Part shown: positions 16,633 to 27,043 of the stretch, in pieces
Layout: the number at the start of each line of letters is the position of its first letter
Position numbering within the stretch: position 1 is the first letter of the stretch
Made by a program: the position numbers and the translations under genes
Notes under the pieces: model-generated
What the model saw: only the letters and a program-made list of their open reading frames with translations
What the model was told of the DNA's origin: nothing
Databases searched by the model: none
IMG/VR virus record: IMGVR_UViG_3300032218_000484
Location: 1 to 33,559 of that record
DNA: 33,559 nucleotides
Strand: one strand, 5' to 3'
Origin: a virus
Lineage: Duplodnaviria; Caudoviricetes

Positions 16633-18176
16633 GTCAACAGCTTCAGGCGTTTTCTATAACTGCGCCAGGATTTTTCGGATTGAATACTCAGGACTCGTCC
16701 CTTGACTTGGCCTCTGGCTTTGCTTTAGTTGCTAACAACTGTGTGATTGACCAATATGGTCGTGTAGGTGCTCGTAAAGGCTGGACTCCTGCTCACTCCA
16801 CTCTGGGTGCTTTAGGCACTGCCGATGTTAAAACCATTGCTGAGTTGATTGACAGAGATGGTACTTCCTATACTTTGTGTGCAGGTAATAATAAAATCTT
16901 TAAACTTGCTAGCGGTGTTCTTTCAGAAGTTACTTTCAATGGCGTAGGTACTGCTCCTACAATTACTGCTGATAACTGGTCTACTGCTTATCTGGACGGT
17001 GACTTATACTTCTATCAGCGTGGTCATGTGCCTATCGGATTTGATCCTGCTACTTCTACGACTACTTATTATCGAGTAGACCAAGAAGCAGGATATAACG
17101 GTACTGTCCAACAGGCTAATATTGTTATTACCGCTTATGGTCGTATCTGGAATGCTGACACTACGACAGATAAAGTAACTGTTCAATGGTCTGACCTTAA
17201 GAATCCTCATAAGTTTGGTTCAGGTACTTCAGGTACATTAGATACAACAACAGTATGGCCTAAAGGTGGCGATACTATTACAGCTTTGGCTTCTCATAAC
17301 GGTTTCTTGTTTATCTTTGGTACTCGTAATATTTTGATTTATCAAGGTGCTACGTCTCCTGCCACAATGACTTTGTACGATACTATTGCCGGTATTGGTT
17401 GCATTGCTCGTGACTCAGTGGTTGAAACAGGTACAGATGTTATCTTCTTGTCGGATACAGGTGTTCGTAGCATCTTGCGTACAATTCAAGAGAAATCTGC
17501 TCCTTTGCGTGATTTGTCTAAGAATGTCCGTAATGACTTGATGAGTGCCGTTAACGGTGAAGACAAAGCAACAATCAAAGCTGTTTACAACCCGATTGAA
17601 GGCTTCTATCTTCTGACTTTGCCTATCCTTAAGACAGTCTACTGCTTTGACATGAAGGCTGCTCTACAAGATGGTTCTGCTAGGGTAACCGCTTGGGATT
17701 CTATTGAGCCTAAGTCTTTCTTGCAAAAAGCAGACGGAACCATGTTGATTGGTAAAGCAGGATACATTGGTACTTATGGCGGCTATCAAGATAATGGATC
17801 TGCATATCGTTTTCAATACTTTACTAATCATACTGATCTTGGTACACCTTCTGTAACTTCTATCCTTAAACGTCTCTCAGTTGTGGTTATTGGTGGTAGT
17901 AACCAATACGTGACTATTAAATGGGGATATGACTTTACTAATGACTATTCTGCTTATAATGCTTTGATTCCTTCTCAAGGTGTTTCTTATTATGGAGTAG
18001 CAGAGTATAGTACAAGTACAGCTATCTATTCTGGCGGTACTTCATTGCAGACACTTAAGGCTTATCCTGACGGTTCAGGTAAAGTTATTCAAACTGGTTA
18101 TGAATCAGATATTAATGGTACTTCATTAAGTATTCAAAAGATTGAAATTCAAGCCAAGAACGGTAAGATTGTTTAA
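16629..18176 (+). CDS. tail tubular protein B / nozzle (beta-propeller)
   Basis: APGFFGLNTQD N-terminus, WSD and GC.ARDS motifs; follows the adaptor. Confidence 0.8.
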   Translation: MSQQLQAFSITAPGFFGLNTQDSSLDLASGFALVANNCVIDQYGRVGARKGWTPAHSTLGALGTADVKTIAELIDRDGTSYTLCAGNNKIFKLASGVLSEVTFNGVGTAPTITADNWSTAYLDGDLYFYQRGHVPIGFDPATSTTTYYRVDQEAGYNGTVQQANIVITAYGRIWNADTTTDKVTVQWSDLKNPHKFGSGTSGTLDTTTVWPKGGDTITALASHNGFLFIFGTRNILIYQGATSPATMTLYDTIAGIGCIARDSVVETGTDVIFLSDTGVRSILRTIQEKSAPLRDLSKNVRNDLMSAVNGEDKATIKAVYNPIEGFYLLTLPILKTVYCFDMKAALQDGSARVTAWDSIEPKSFLQKADGTMLIGKAGYIGTYGGYQDNGSAYRFQYFTNHTDLGTPSVTSILKRLSVVVIGGSNQYVTIKWGYDFTNDYSAYNALIPSQGVSYYGVAEYSTSTAIYSGGTSLQTLKAYPDGSGKVIQTGYESDINGTSLSIQKIEIQAKNGKIV

Positions 18177-18185
18177 GGACTAATT

Positions 18186-18878
18186 ATGTCAAACTATGTA
18201 AAAAGTACTAACTTTACCAGTAAGGATAGTCTTGCTGTAGGTAATCCACTAAAGATTGTTAAGGGTTCTGAGATTGATACAGAATTCAATAACATTGCTA
18301 CGGCTGTAGCTACTAAAGCTGACACCGTTGGTGCTACGTTGACTAACGTAACTCTCACAGGAACTACGGCTGCTCCTACAGCTTCTTATGGTAATAGTAG
18401 TACAACCCTAGCTACTACAGCTTTTGTGCAGGCTGCTTTGCAAGCTTTGTATCCTGTAGGTTCTATTTATTCTAGTACTGTAAGCACTAATCCTAACACT
18501 TTGTTTGGTTTTGGTACTTGGGTAGCTTATGCTGCTGGTCGTGTCTTGGTTGGTCAGAACGGAACTACTTTTACAGCAGGCGCTACTGGCGGTTCTGCTG
18601 ATGCTACTTTAGTTGGTCACGCCCATTCAGTCACAGGTACTACCAACGTGGCTGGTAATCACAATCACAGCACTCAGTGGGTAAACTACTCAGGCGGTGG
18701 TGGTTCTGGCTTGACTGACCCTGTTAACCCTAACACAGGTGATTATTATATCCCTACCACCTATGCAGGTGACCACAGCCACACAGTTACTGGTACTACT
18801 GATACTCAAGGTAATAGCGCCACTAATGCCAACTTGCAGCCGTATGTGGTTGTCTATATGTGGACTCGTACAGCTTAA
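18186..18878 (+). CDS. short tail fibre/needle with collar-like domain and HxH motifs
   Basis: EFNNIATA, LATTAFVQ, YPVGSIY, GRVLVG, HAH/HNH/HSH, NLQPY.VVYMW.RTA. Confidence 0.8.
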   Translation: MSNYVKSTNFTSKDSLAVGNPLKIVKGSEIDTEFNNIATAVATKADTVGATLTNVTLTGTTAAPTASYGNSSTTLATTAFVQAALQALYPVGSIYSSTVSTNPNTLFGFGTWVAYAAGRVLVGQNGTTFTAGATGGSADATLVGHAHSVTGTTNVAGNHNHSTQWVNYSGGGGSGLTDPVNPNTGDYYIPTTYAGDHSHTVTGTTDTQGNSATNANLQPYVVVYMWTRTA

Positions 18879-18908
18879 TGACAATTTCCAATACTAAAGG
18901 AATTAAAT

Positions 18909-19994
18909 ATGTTTGGACTTGATGACATGGTAGCAGGTGCTTTGATTGGAGGTGGTTTAAATCTCCTTGGTGGCATCATGGGTGGCAATTCTGCTCAGTC
19001 GGCAGCAAACACTTCAGCGCAAGCTCAGAGGGATGCTGCTGCACAGGCTGCTGAGGCTGCTAAGTTCCGACCAGTGGGTGTTACCACTCGCTTCGGTTCT
19101 AGTAACTTCCAGATGAATCCTCAAGGTTATCTTGAAAGCGCAGGCTACACTGTATCCCCTGAGCTACAAGCGTACCAGAATCGGTTGATGGGCTTGGCTA
19201 GTGGTGGCCTTACTCAAGCTGAACAGGCTCAGGGACAGTTTGCTCCTCTCACGGGCGCTGCTCAAGGCTTGTTTAATCTTGGTCAACAGTATATCGCTCA
19301 GTCTCCTGAGCAAGTGGCTCAAGACTATATGTCTAAGCAACAGGCATTGTTGGCCCCTGGTCGAGAGCAACAAAGTGCTCAATTGTTGAACCAATTGTCT
19401 AACACTGGTCGTACTGGTCTGTCTATCGCTCAAGGAGGTGCTCTGGGTGCTTCTAACCCTGAAATGCAGGCTCTGGCTAACGCTCGTGCTATGCAAGACC
19501 TTCAGTTGGCTGCACAGGCTCAACAAGCTGGTCAACAACAGACTGCCTTTGGTGCTGGCTTGTTCGGCACTGGCGCTGGTTTGCTGGGTAACTACTACAG
19601 TGGTCAAGTGGGTGCGTTGTCGCCGTTCCAGACTAACATCGGCTTGACAAGTACTCTTGAACAGCTTGGTCAGTCTCCGCTGGACAGCGGTGCTCAGTTG
19701 GGTGGTCGTAGTGCTACAGCAGGCGCTAACGTGGGTCAGAGCCTCTTGGCAGGCGGTGCTGCTGCTGCTCGTACTGCTCAGGCAGCGGGCAACTATAACC
19801 CCTGGTCTACTCTGTTTACTTCTGCTGCAAGTAACCCACAGTTGACAAAAGGACTTGCTAACTGGATGAATCCTTATGGTGGCACGGCTCAAGGCGCTTA
19901 TGGTCAGCAAGACCAATACTTGTCGGGAGCCTATGCAAATCCTCAGACACAGCAGGCTCAGATGCTTGCAGACCAGAACTCTTGGTTTCAGTAA
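18909..19994 (+). CDS. internal virion / DNA-pilot (ejection) protein
   Basis: G/A/Q-rich, hydrophobic Gly-rich N-terminus; position after the tail genes. Confidence 0.7.
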   Translation: MFGLDDMVAGALIGGGLNLLGGIMGGNSAQSAANTSAQAQRDAAAQAAEAAKFRPVGVTTRFGSSNFQMNPQGYLESAGYTVSPELQAYQNRLMGLASGGLTQAEQAQGQFAPLTGAAQGLFNLGQQYIAQSPEQVAQDYMSKQQALLAPGREQQSAQLLNQLSNTGRTGLSIAQGGALGASNPEMQALANARAMQDLQLAAQAQQAGQQQTAFGAGLFGTGAGLLGNYYSGQVGALSPFQTNIGLTSTLEQLGQSPLDSGAQLGGRSATAGANVGQSLLAGGAAAARTAQAAGNYNPWSTLFTSAASNPQLTKGLANWMNPYGGTAQGAYGQQDQYLSGAYANPQTQQAQMLADQNSWFQ

Positions 19995-20003
19995 GGAATA
20001 ATT

Positions 20004-21371
20004 ATGGCTACAGATATTGCAGGACTCTTTGGTTTAACCCCTGAGAGCTATCAAATGGCTCAGGATCAGGCTGCTCAGGCGCAAGCCATGAAGTATGCTG
20101 AAATGGATCCCTTTCAACGTGCCAACTATGGTATGTTTCTTGGTGGCAAACAGCTAGGCGGAGCTATCGGCAGTGCCTTGGGTGCTCAAGACCCTATGCT
20201 TCAGCAGATCAGTCAACAGCAGTCTCTTCTTAAGTCTATTGACTTCAGTAATCTTGATTCGATTAAACAGGCAATTCCACAAGCTTCAGCTATTAATCCA
20301 CAGTTAGCGGCAGCTTTGTTGGCTAAATATCAAGAAGGACAAAAGAGTCAAGCAGAAGTTTTCAAAGCTACTCGTGAAGCTCAGACACCTGAGCAACGTA
20401 ATGCGGCTACTTTGGCAGCTATGGAAGCTGCTCCTGGAACTCCTGAATATGCTGCCGCTCTTAAAAAGAACATGGAACGCTTAACAAACAAGACTCCTAC
20501 TTCTTTGTTAGAAGCGCAAGCAGTTGCGGATGCTGAAGATGCAGTCAGACAAACTACCCCTGGTTCTCCTGAACATACACGTGCAACGGCTACTTTACGA
20601 GCTTTAAAAATCGGTAAACTGCAAACAATTGAAATCGGTCTTCCTAACAATCCTGAAATGGTTCAGAAAGTAATGGTTGATCCTTTTGATCCACAAGCAA
20701 AGCCCATGCCTATCGGTGCTCCTTATAGTCGTTTTACTTCTAAAGTTTCTGCTACTGCTACTACTGGAGAAAATCAATACGGCTCTACATTTGGTGGCGG
20801 TGTTGCAAAAGACGATTTGGCTTTACGTGCTTCTGCTCAAAAAGCCCCTGAAATGCTTGCAGCCGCAGATGCAACTGAAAAACTTTTACAAAGTAATAAT
20901 GTTATTACAGGTGCTGGCGCTAATGCTAAACTTAATGTTCTTGCTTTTGGTCAAGCACTGGGAGCCACTGGTAGAACTACAGATGAACTGATTGCTAATA
21001 CACAGCAGTTGCAACAACAACGAAGCACTGCTGTTTTGAGTCAGGTTAAATCAAGTGGTTTGGGCACGGGTCAAGGATTCACGGATAAAGACTTGAAATT
21101 CTTACAGGATTCTGCTGCGGGTAACATCAATCTTTCTAAAGAAACTATTCAACGTCAAGTAGAGGTAGAAAGAAAAGTAGCACGAGCACTTACCGCTCAG
21201 TGGAATAAACGATTAGGTGAAATGCCCCAGCAAGTTGTAAAACCTATGGGTTTATCACCGGTGGATCTTCCTGCTAGTACTTCTTTTTCAAGCGTAGAAG
21301 AAGCCTTAGCTGCAAAACTTCCAAAAGGAACACAGATTACAGTCAATGGTCGTAAAGCTATTGTGGAGTAA
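20004..21371 (+). CDS. internal virion (ejection) protein
   Basis: A/Q-rich helical 455-aa protein; position. Confidence 0.6.
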   Translation: MATDIAGLFGLTPESYQMAQDQAAQAQAMKYAEMDPFQRANYGMFLGGKQLGGAIGSALGAQDPMLQQISQQQSLLKSIDFSNLDSIKQAIPQASAINPQLAAALLAKYQEGQKSQAEVFKATREAQTPEQRNAATLAAMEAAPGTPEYAAALKKNMERLTNKTPTSLLEAQAVADAEDAVRQTTPGSPEHTRATATLRALKIGKLQTIEIGLPNNPEMVQKVMVDPFDPQAKPMPIGAPYSRFTSKVSATATTGENQYGSTFGGGVAKDDLALRASAQKAPEMLAAADATEKLLQSNNVITGAGANAKLNVLAFGQALGATGRTTDELIANTQQLQQQRSTAVLSQVKSSGLGTGQGFTDKDLKFLQDSAAGNINLSKETIQRQVEVERKVARALTAQWNKRLGEMPQQVVKPMGLSPVDLPASTSFSSVEEALAAKLPKGTQITVNGRKAIVE

Positions 21372-21375
21372 ATAA

Positions 21376-23790
21376 ATGGGAATTAAATTTTTAGATACTC
21401 AAGAAACTCCACCAGTTTCTGCAGGAAACATTCGTTTTATAGAGGAAGCACCTCCGGCTACAACACCTACAGAATCTCCTTCTGCTTTAGATAGTTTTGG
21501 TCGAAGAGTGGCCTCGTTGGCTGACGTTACGGTTGGTGGCGTTCTTCCCGCTGTAGCTGGACTTGTTTCTTACCCTTTTGCACGTATTGGTCGTACACCA
21601 GAGCAAGCACAAGAACTTTCACAGCAGGTCGTATCAGCGGTTGATAAGCCTTTTGGTAAAGCCTTTGGTGTGTCTAATACACCTGAATATCAAGCTGAGG
21701 CAGGTCGACAGATTGTGGACTTTATTGGTTCCAACTTTCAAAAAGGAGCTAAGTGGATTTCTGAAAAAACAGGAATGCCTCAAGCAGACGTTGAGAGTTA
21801 CATGGCTTCTTTGTCTTTAGCTGTTCCTGCTGTAGCTAAACCAGCCATTAACGCTGCTGCTCCTGTAGTTAAAGGTGCAGTAGAAAAAGCCAAGATCGCT
21901 GCTCAAATGCCTTTTGAAGAGCAGATTAAAGCTCGTCAACAACGCCTGTCTTCAGAAGACTATTCCCGTGGCCCTCAAATTGACGCAGCCGCAGAAGCTC
22001 AGCGGTTAGGTATTGCTCTTTCCCCTGCCGATATTCAACCAACAGCCGGTAAAAAGATTATAACTGCTGTGGCTGGTACTGAAGGTGTTAAAACTCTTCA
22101 ACAAGCAAACGTAAATAACATTCGTAAAATTGCTTTGAATGAGATGGATCTTCCTCCAGACACACAGCTTGATAGTCTGACTTCTTTTAATGCAGCACGT
22201 ATGAAGGTTGCAAAACCTTATAATGATATTCAGAAGCTACCTACTATGGTAGGTGATGAAAAGATTGTTGCAGCTTTGGATAACTTACGAGCAGACGAAG
22301 CTATTATTGGTTCTAAATCTAAAGCAAATGCTATCAATGCGATTATTGATGATGCTGTATCTAAGGTTAACACAGGTATGGATGGTCAACAAGTGTTGCG
22401 AAATATTAAAGCACTGAGACAACGTGCTCAAAAGACATACAATAATAAGAGTGCAGATCTTCCTGCTTTAGATGCTGCTGATACTAACTTAGCTATTGCC
22501 AGTGTTCTTGAAGATCTAGTGGAATCAAATGTCCGTGATCCTAAACTTTTAGATAATTTTAGGGAAGCTCGTAGGAAGATGGCTCGGACTTATGCTTACG
22601 AAGGAGCTACTGACCTTAACACAGGCATGATTGATGTCAACCGACTGGCTCAAATCACATCTAAAGATAATGCCATGACTGGTGATATTGCTGCTTTGGG
22701 CAAGATTGCAGGTAACTTCCCTGATGTCTTTACATCTAAAGTTCAGCCAGCCGCGACTAAGGTTGAAAAGATCGGACGTACCGGAGTTGCTGGTTCTCTC
22801 GGGGGTTTGACTGGTTATGCTTTAGGCGGTGATTATGCAAGTGGTGTTATTGGTAGCCTGTTAGGCGCTGGAGTAGGTGAGGTTGCTAATACTCTAGCTG
22901 CTCGAAGGATTGCCTCGCCTGAGTATCAAGCAGGGTTGTCGTTGCGGGATATGCGTATTCCTGTATCGCCAGCAGCTTCCACCATGACTGCACCTCTTCC
23001 ACAAGGACAGGCTATTGTACCTTATCAAGCCCCTGTAGAGGTTCTAGGTAAGGGCGAAGGCCCATATCAGCCTAACTTTGTGATGCAGCCAGGACAGTAT
23101 GGCCCTCGTGTCTCAGTGAACCCAATGGAAATGAAGAACGCTCTTCCTGCTCCTAGTGCTGAAGGTACATTGTCTTCTTTACGTGCTGAAGACCTCCGTA
23201 GGGCGCAGGTATCGCGACAGGTGGGACAACAAACTGAGGCTCAGCAAGCAGCCGCTGAAGCAGGCGCACGTAAGCCCACAAGTGGTGGTGTTGTTCTTGA
23301 GTTTGATCCTATTACTGGTCGGTTTAAAGAGGCGAGCCAGGGCGTGAAAGGCGCAACTCCTGAAACATTTAGTAACTTCGGTAAGTCTCTCCAATCCGCT
23401 GCTAATAAAGTTACAGAAGGAAAGTTGTTTGATCTTACCGCAGCAGAGAAGGTTGCATGGGATAAGACTAAAGTAGATATTTCTGAGTTGTCTCCAGGAT
23501 TCAGGGTTCTTTCTGATAAAGCCTTAGCAGAAAAGATGATGGATCGTCAGTGGGTTGCTGAAACAGCAGCCAAAGCACGTGAAAAAGCAGTAATGTTTGA
23601 GCAAAGTGCTTTTAGAGCTAAGACAATGCGAGATATTGAGGCAGCTAAGATTAATCGTGAGCGTATGCTCGATCTGGCTGACGAACTTGAAAAGTCTTTG
23701 AGTAAACCCCGTCCTGATAATTCTAAAAAGATTCAAGGTACTAAGACTAGAACGGCTTTCCGTGAAGGTCTTTTCTCTTCTAAACAATAA
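21376..23790 (+). CDS. large internal virion (ejection) protein
   Basis: 804 aa, Ala-rich helical with Gly-rich hydrophobic segments; last structural gene. Confidence 0.6.
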   Translation: MGIKFLDTQETPPVSAGNIRFIEEAPPATTPTESPSALDSFGRRVASLADVTVGGVLPAVAGLVSYPFARIGRTPEQAQELSQQVVSAVDKPFGKAFGVSNTPEYQAEAGRQIVDFIGSNFQKGAKWISEKTGMPQADVESYMASLSLAVPAVAKPAINAAAPVVKGAVEKAKIAAQMPFEEQIKARQQRLSSEDYSRGPQIDAAAEAQRLGIALSPADIQPTAGKKIITAVAGTEGVKTLQQANVNNIRKIALNEMDLPPDTQLDSLTSFNAARMKVAKPYNDIQKLPTMVGDEKIVAALDNLRADEAIIGSKSKANAINAIIDDAVSKVNTGMDGQQVLRNIKALRQRAQKTYNNKSADLPALDAADTNLAIASVLEDLVESNVRDPKLLDNFREARRKMARTYAYEGATDLNTGMIDVNRLAQITSKDNAMTGDIAALGKIAGNFPDVFTSKVQPAATKVEKIGRTGVAGSLGGLTGYALGGDYASGVIGSLLGAGVGEVANTLAARRIASPEYQAGLSLRDMRIPVSPAASTMTAPLPQGQAIVPYQAPVEVLGKGEGPYQPNFVMQPGQYGPRVSVNPMEMKNALPAPSAEGTLSSLRAEDLRRAQVSRQVGQQTEAQQAAAEAGARKPTSGGVVLEFDPITGRFKEASQGVKGATPETFSNFGKSLQSAANKVTEGKLFDLTAAEKVAWDKTKVDISELSPGFRVLSDKALAEKMMDRQWVAETAAKAREKAVMFEQSAFRAKTMRDIEAAKINRERMLDLADELEKSLSKPRPDNSKKIQGTKTRTAFREGLFSSKQ

Positions 23791-23792
23791 TA

Positions 23793-24272
23793 ATGAACTT
23801 CAAAGAAGCTTTTGTTAAACTGCTAGGGCATGAGGGAGGATATGTCAATAATCCCAAAGACCCTGGCGGTGAGACTAATTGGGGCGTAACCAAACGAGTG
23901 GCTGAAGCTAACGGGTATAGAGGTTCCATGAAGGACTTTACCCAAGACGATGCCCAGAAGATTTACCTTAAACTGTATTGGAATGCTGTCAAGGCTGACG
24001 ATCTTCCTGATCCTATACGTTTTGATGTGTTTGATGCTGCTGTCAATAGCGGTGTCTCACAAGCCTCTAAATGGCTTCAGAGAGCCATAGGAGCACAGAA
24101 TGACGGTGTGATAGGTACAAAGACAATAGAGGCTCTAAAGGCTTCTAATCCGTTCGAGATTAAACTAAAGTTCTTAAGCCAAAGACTATCGTTTATGACT
24201 GAACTTCCTACGTGGTCTACCTTCGGTAAAGGATGGGCACGTAGAATTGCTGAAAACATGAAAGGAAACTGA
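23793..24272 (+). CDS. endolysin, glycoside hydrolase family 108 with peptidoglycan-binding domain
   Basis: HEGGYVNNPKDPGGETNWGVT; FDAAVNSG; DGVIGTKT; FGKGWARR. Confidence 0.95.
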   Translation: MNFKEAFVKLLGHEGGYVNNPKDPGGETNWGVTKRVAEANGYRGSMKDFTQDDAQKIYLKLYWNAVKADDLPDPIRFDVFDAAVNSGVSQASKWLQRAIGAQNDGVIGTKTIEALKASNPFEIKLKFLSQRLSFMTELPTWSTFGKGWARRIAENMKGN

Positions 24273-24273
24273 A

Positions 24274-24438
24274 ATGAAAGACTTTATTCTTGAACGTGCT
24301 CAGGAAGCCTCTACTTGGCGTGGTATCTGCCTGTTTCTCACAGCCGTAGGTGTACCTATTGCTCCTGAGTTCATGGAAGCTATTGTGTCTGTGGGTCTGT
24401 CAGTGACAGGTCTGATCGGTATACTAACCAAAGACTGA
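24274..24438 (+). CDS. putative holin (54 aa, two TM segments)
   Basis: Hand translation MKDFILERAQEASTWRGICLFLTAVGVPIAPEFMEAIVSVGLSVTGLIGILTKD; directly after the endolysin. Confidence 0.7.
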   Translation: MKDFILERAQEASTWRGICLFLTAVGVPIAPEFMEAIVSVGLSVTGLIGILTKD

Positions 24439-24451
24439 TACTTCTTAAGCC

Positions 24452-24486
24452 AATAAAAAAGCCCTCTTTCGAGGGCTTAATTGTTT
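24452..24486. terminator. terminator between the convergent arms, probably bidirectional
   Basis: AAGCCCTC-TTTC-GAGGGCTT stem; U-tract on the minus strand, T-rich tail on the plus strand. Confidence 0.85.
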
Positions 24487-24651
24487 CTAGAACATTAAAC
24501 AGAGTGAGATAATTCCTAAGTGGACATAAATCACCTGATGAGGCTCTTCATTCTCAAAGTCTGGTACATCATCAACCTCCTCTACAGCGTAGATTTGGTC
24601 TGCTTCAATACCGAAGACTAGGCCAGCTTTGAACTCAAAGTTAATAAGCAT
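24487..24651 (-). CDS. hypothetical protein (54 aa); start MLINFEF
   Basis: Trimmed ORF 24487..24714. Confidence 0.65.
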   Translation of the reverse strand: MLINFEFKAGLVFGIEADQIYAVEEVDDVPDFENEEPHQVIYVHLGIISLCLMF

Positions 24652-24652
24652 A

Positions 24653-25141
24653 TTACTCTTTCTTAATAGTATTAAAATTTGCAACTGATTTACACCATAG
24701 AATAAAGACATCATTAGGAAGATCTTTCTTCATCATGTTTAAGTCTTTATGTACAATTTGAATATTGTCTACGCTGTAGCCCTTATCACTATCGATCCTG
24801 TCTACAGAAGCTGTTCCATCAAAGAAAATATCAAAGCCAGTAAAAGCGCATTTGTATTGCTGCTCAACAAAAACACTATGAATATCTTCAATTGTCAGAT
24901 CAAAGGAAATATTCCTAACTTCTGCATTTCTTTTTAATCTACTAAAAACTTTTCCAGGAATACAGCCGTATCCTTTCCAAGCAGGATTGTTTTCACCGCC
25001 TTTAGTGCCTTTACGTTTTTTGTTATTGCTGACAGTACGACAAGAATAGCAAGATGTATTCAAAAGGGTCGCCCTTTCGAGCGACCCCTTAGTAGCATAC
25101 GTCCTTTCTTTAGAACAAGTAGGACAAGCTAAGATGAACAT
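24653..25141 (-). CDS. HNH-type free-standing endonuclease
   Basis: NPAWKG repeat motif, CAFTG, SVDRIDSDKGY..DNIQIVH..LNMMK; AT-rich. Confidence 0.85.
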   Translation of the reverse strand: MFILACPTCSKERTYATKGSLERATLLNTSCYSCRTVSNNKKRKGTKGGENNPAWKGYGCIPGKVFSRLKRNAEVRNISFDLTIEDIHSVFVEQQYKCAFTGFDIFFDGTASVDRIDSDKGYSVDNIQIVHKDLNMMKKDLPNDVFILWCKSVANFNTIKKE

Positions 25142-27039
25142 TAGAAAGCTACCTCACAGGCTCCCGCAGTACAGGCAAGCTGTTGAGCGCCTTCTACATT
25201 GTCTGTGGCCTCAACAAAAGAATCCCAGTCGATACCAGCAGGCATTTTTTCCATAAGGTTTTCATACTGTTCGCCTGTAATTTCCTCATAAGGAGCTTGG
25301 CGATAAGTGCCTAAATCCATGGGCAGATACGATACACCAGTCACCTCATCGAAGTGTTCCCAAGTCCATGCACCAACACGGGGCCACTCATTCTCATTGA
25401 CCGAGATGGTCACAGAAGGCTTATGCTCACACCAGTGACGCTGGAAGGCCAACCAGAGTTCCAAGTGCTCTGTAGCTGATAGTTCTTCACGCAACTTAGC
25501 GCCTTTAGCCACCTTTTGTGGGAAACTGAACACAGTGGTACTATCAGGCTTCATAAAGCAAGGCTCAGACGGGAATCCCTGAGCTTTTAGGAAGTCAGTC
25601 AGGGGGTCTTTGTTATCAGAACGAACCCTGCGAATATAAAACTCAGAATGTTGGGGATGGATACCACTAGCAGTTCCCGTGAGTTGAGACACAGTGCCTT
25701 CCGGTTTAACACAAGTGATAGCAGCACTAACAGGGATACCCAAAACACCAGCCAATTCAGCGTTAGTAGCAATTGCAACATTCTTCAATTCCTCAAGACG
25801 TTTAGGTAGTTCAGGATCAAAGGCATTGTTCAACAAAGGATTGTCCAAGATACCAGTCATAGACACACCCAAGAGACGCTCTTCCTCAGTGTTTGTCTGC
25901 CACACCTTACGCAGGTATGGGAAGTTAGTCATTGTCGACTGAAAAGTCCCCAGAATCGTCGCCAAACGCACCTTGGCACGTAATACATCCATAGTATCAT
26001 CGCTACGCACGATAACAGAAGAAAGATTACAGAATTGATAAGGGCGAAGAATAATCTCAGAGCATGGGTTAGTACCCCATTCCTTATTAAGAACCCTACG
26101 ACCGTTCTTTTCTGCTTGTAGTTCGGATGCATAACGATTAAAGATCCCTCGCTCACCTGAGTGTGATTCATAAATATTAGACCATTCGCGCATGAACTGA
26201 CCTACGTCAGGCTTGATCTCATACACGGCTGAATTGTTAGCCAACGCACGTTGACCGTTACCATCCCACCAGTTGCCTGCCTTAGCGTGAGCCATACGGT
26301 CATCATTAAGGTCAGACAAAGAGATCATGGCACTACGGCGCACTCCACCAACGACAACAACCTCCCCGATTTTACACAGAATGTCGTGACACTCAATCGT
26401 GTGCAGCTTACGGCCCACAGCACCCCTGAACTTCCCAATGACATACTTGAACAGATCGACGAGTGGTTCTGGTCCACTTGCGCGGCCCCCAAAGGTCTTA
26501 AGGCGTGTACCGGCAGGACGAACTGCGGATACATCCCACTTCGGGATCTCGCCAGCGTATAGCAAGGCAATAATTTGACGCAAGCTCTTTGCCCAGCCTT
26601 CTTTGGAGTCTTTAACGACAACCACAGTATTGCTTTCATACAGCTTTTCAGGAATTTCAGGAAGTTTGTTGACATACTTTTGCTCCACGCTAAAGCCTAC
26701 ACCAGTGCCGCACAAGAGGATATACATAGCCTCATCGAAGGCTTTGACATCATCAATAGGAAGATAAGAACAGTTATAACCAGCGATGTTCTGACGCTCC
26801 AGAGCCTCACCAGAGGTCATAATTGAGCGCATGGAGGGCATCACGGACAGGCCATTGATAGCATCAAACAGTTCTTTACGCAGTTCAGGGGTGATCTCAT
26901 AGTTGTGTTTAGTCTTCAGGTGCTTGGTCATGAAGTCCAGATAGCGATTGCTGGTTTCATCCCAATGTTCACGGCGGTTCTTGTCATCCAGGAAACGAGA
27001 ATAACGGCTTTTGGCTATATAGGTGGCGTAAGGGGTCAT
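25141..27039 (-). CDS. nrdJ: class II (adenosylcobalamin-dependent) ribonucleotide reductase; likely start MTPYATY
   Basis: YNCS, GTGVGFSVE, ASGPEPL, GGVRRSA, TNPCSEI, QFCNL, VKPEGTVS, C-terminal CTAGAC; no small-subunit gene present. Confidence 0.92.
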   Translation of the reverse strand: MTPYATYIAKSRYSRFLDDKNRREHWDETSNRYLDFMTKHLKTKHNYEITPELRKELFDAINGLSVMPSMRSIMTSGEALERQNIAGYNCSYLPIDDVKAFDEAMYILLCGTGVGFSVEQKYVNKLPEIPEKLYESNTVVVVKDSKEGWAKSLRQIIALLYAGEIPKWDVSAVRPAGTRLKTFGGRASGPEPLVDLFKYVIGKFRGAVGRKLHTIECHDILCKIGEVVVVGGVRRSAMISLSDLNDDRMAHAKAGNWWDGNGQRALANNSAVYEIKPDVGQFMREWSNIYESHSGERGIFNRYASELQAEKNGRRVLNKEWGTNPCSEIILRPYQFCNLSSVIVRSDDTMDVLRAKVRLATILGTFQSTMTNFPYLRKVWQTNTEEERLLGVSMTGILDNPLLNNAFDPELPKRLEELKNVAIATNAELAGVLGIPVSAAITCVKPEGTVSQLTGTASGIHPQHSEFYIRRVRSDNKDPLTDFLKAQGFPSEPCFMKPDSTTVFSFPQKVAKGAKLREELSATEHLELWLAFQRHWCEHKPSVTISVNENEWPRVGAWTWEHFDEVTGVSYLPMDLGTYRQAPYEEITGEQYENLMEKMPAGIDWDSFVEATDNVEGAQQLACTAGACEVAF

Positions 27040-27043
27040 GTGT

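Noticed and set aside
25141-27039. Intein or intron in nrdJ, polA or terL
   Set aside because: Frames are uninterrupted, lengths are normal or short, and no intein splice motifs were seen
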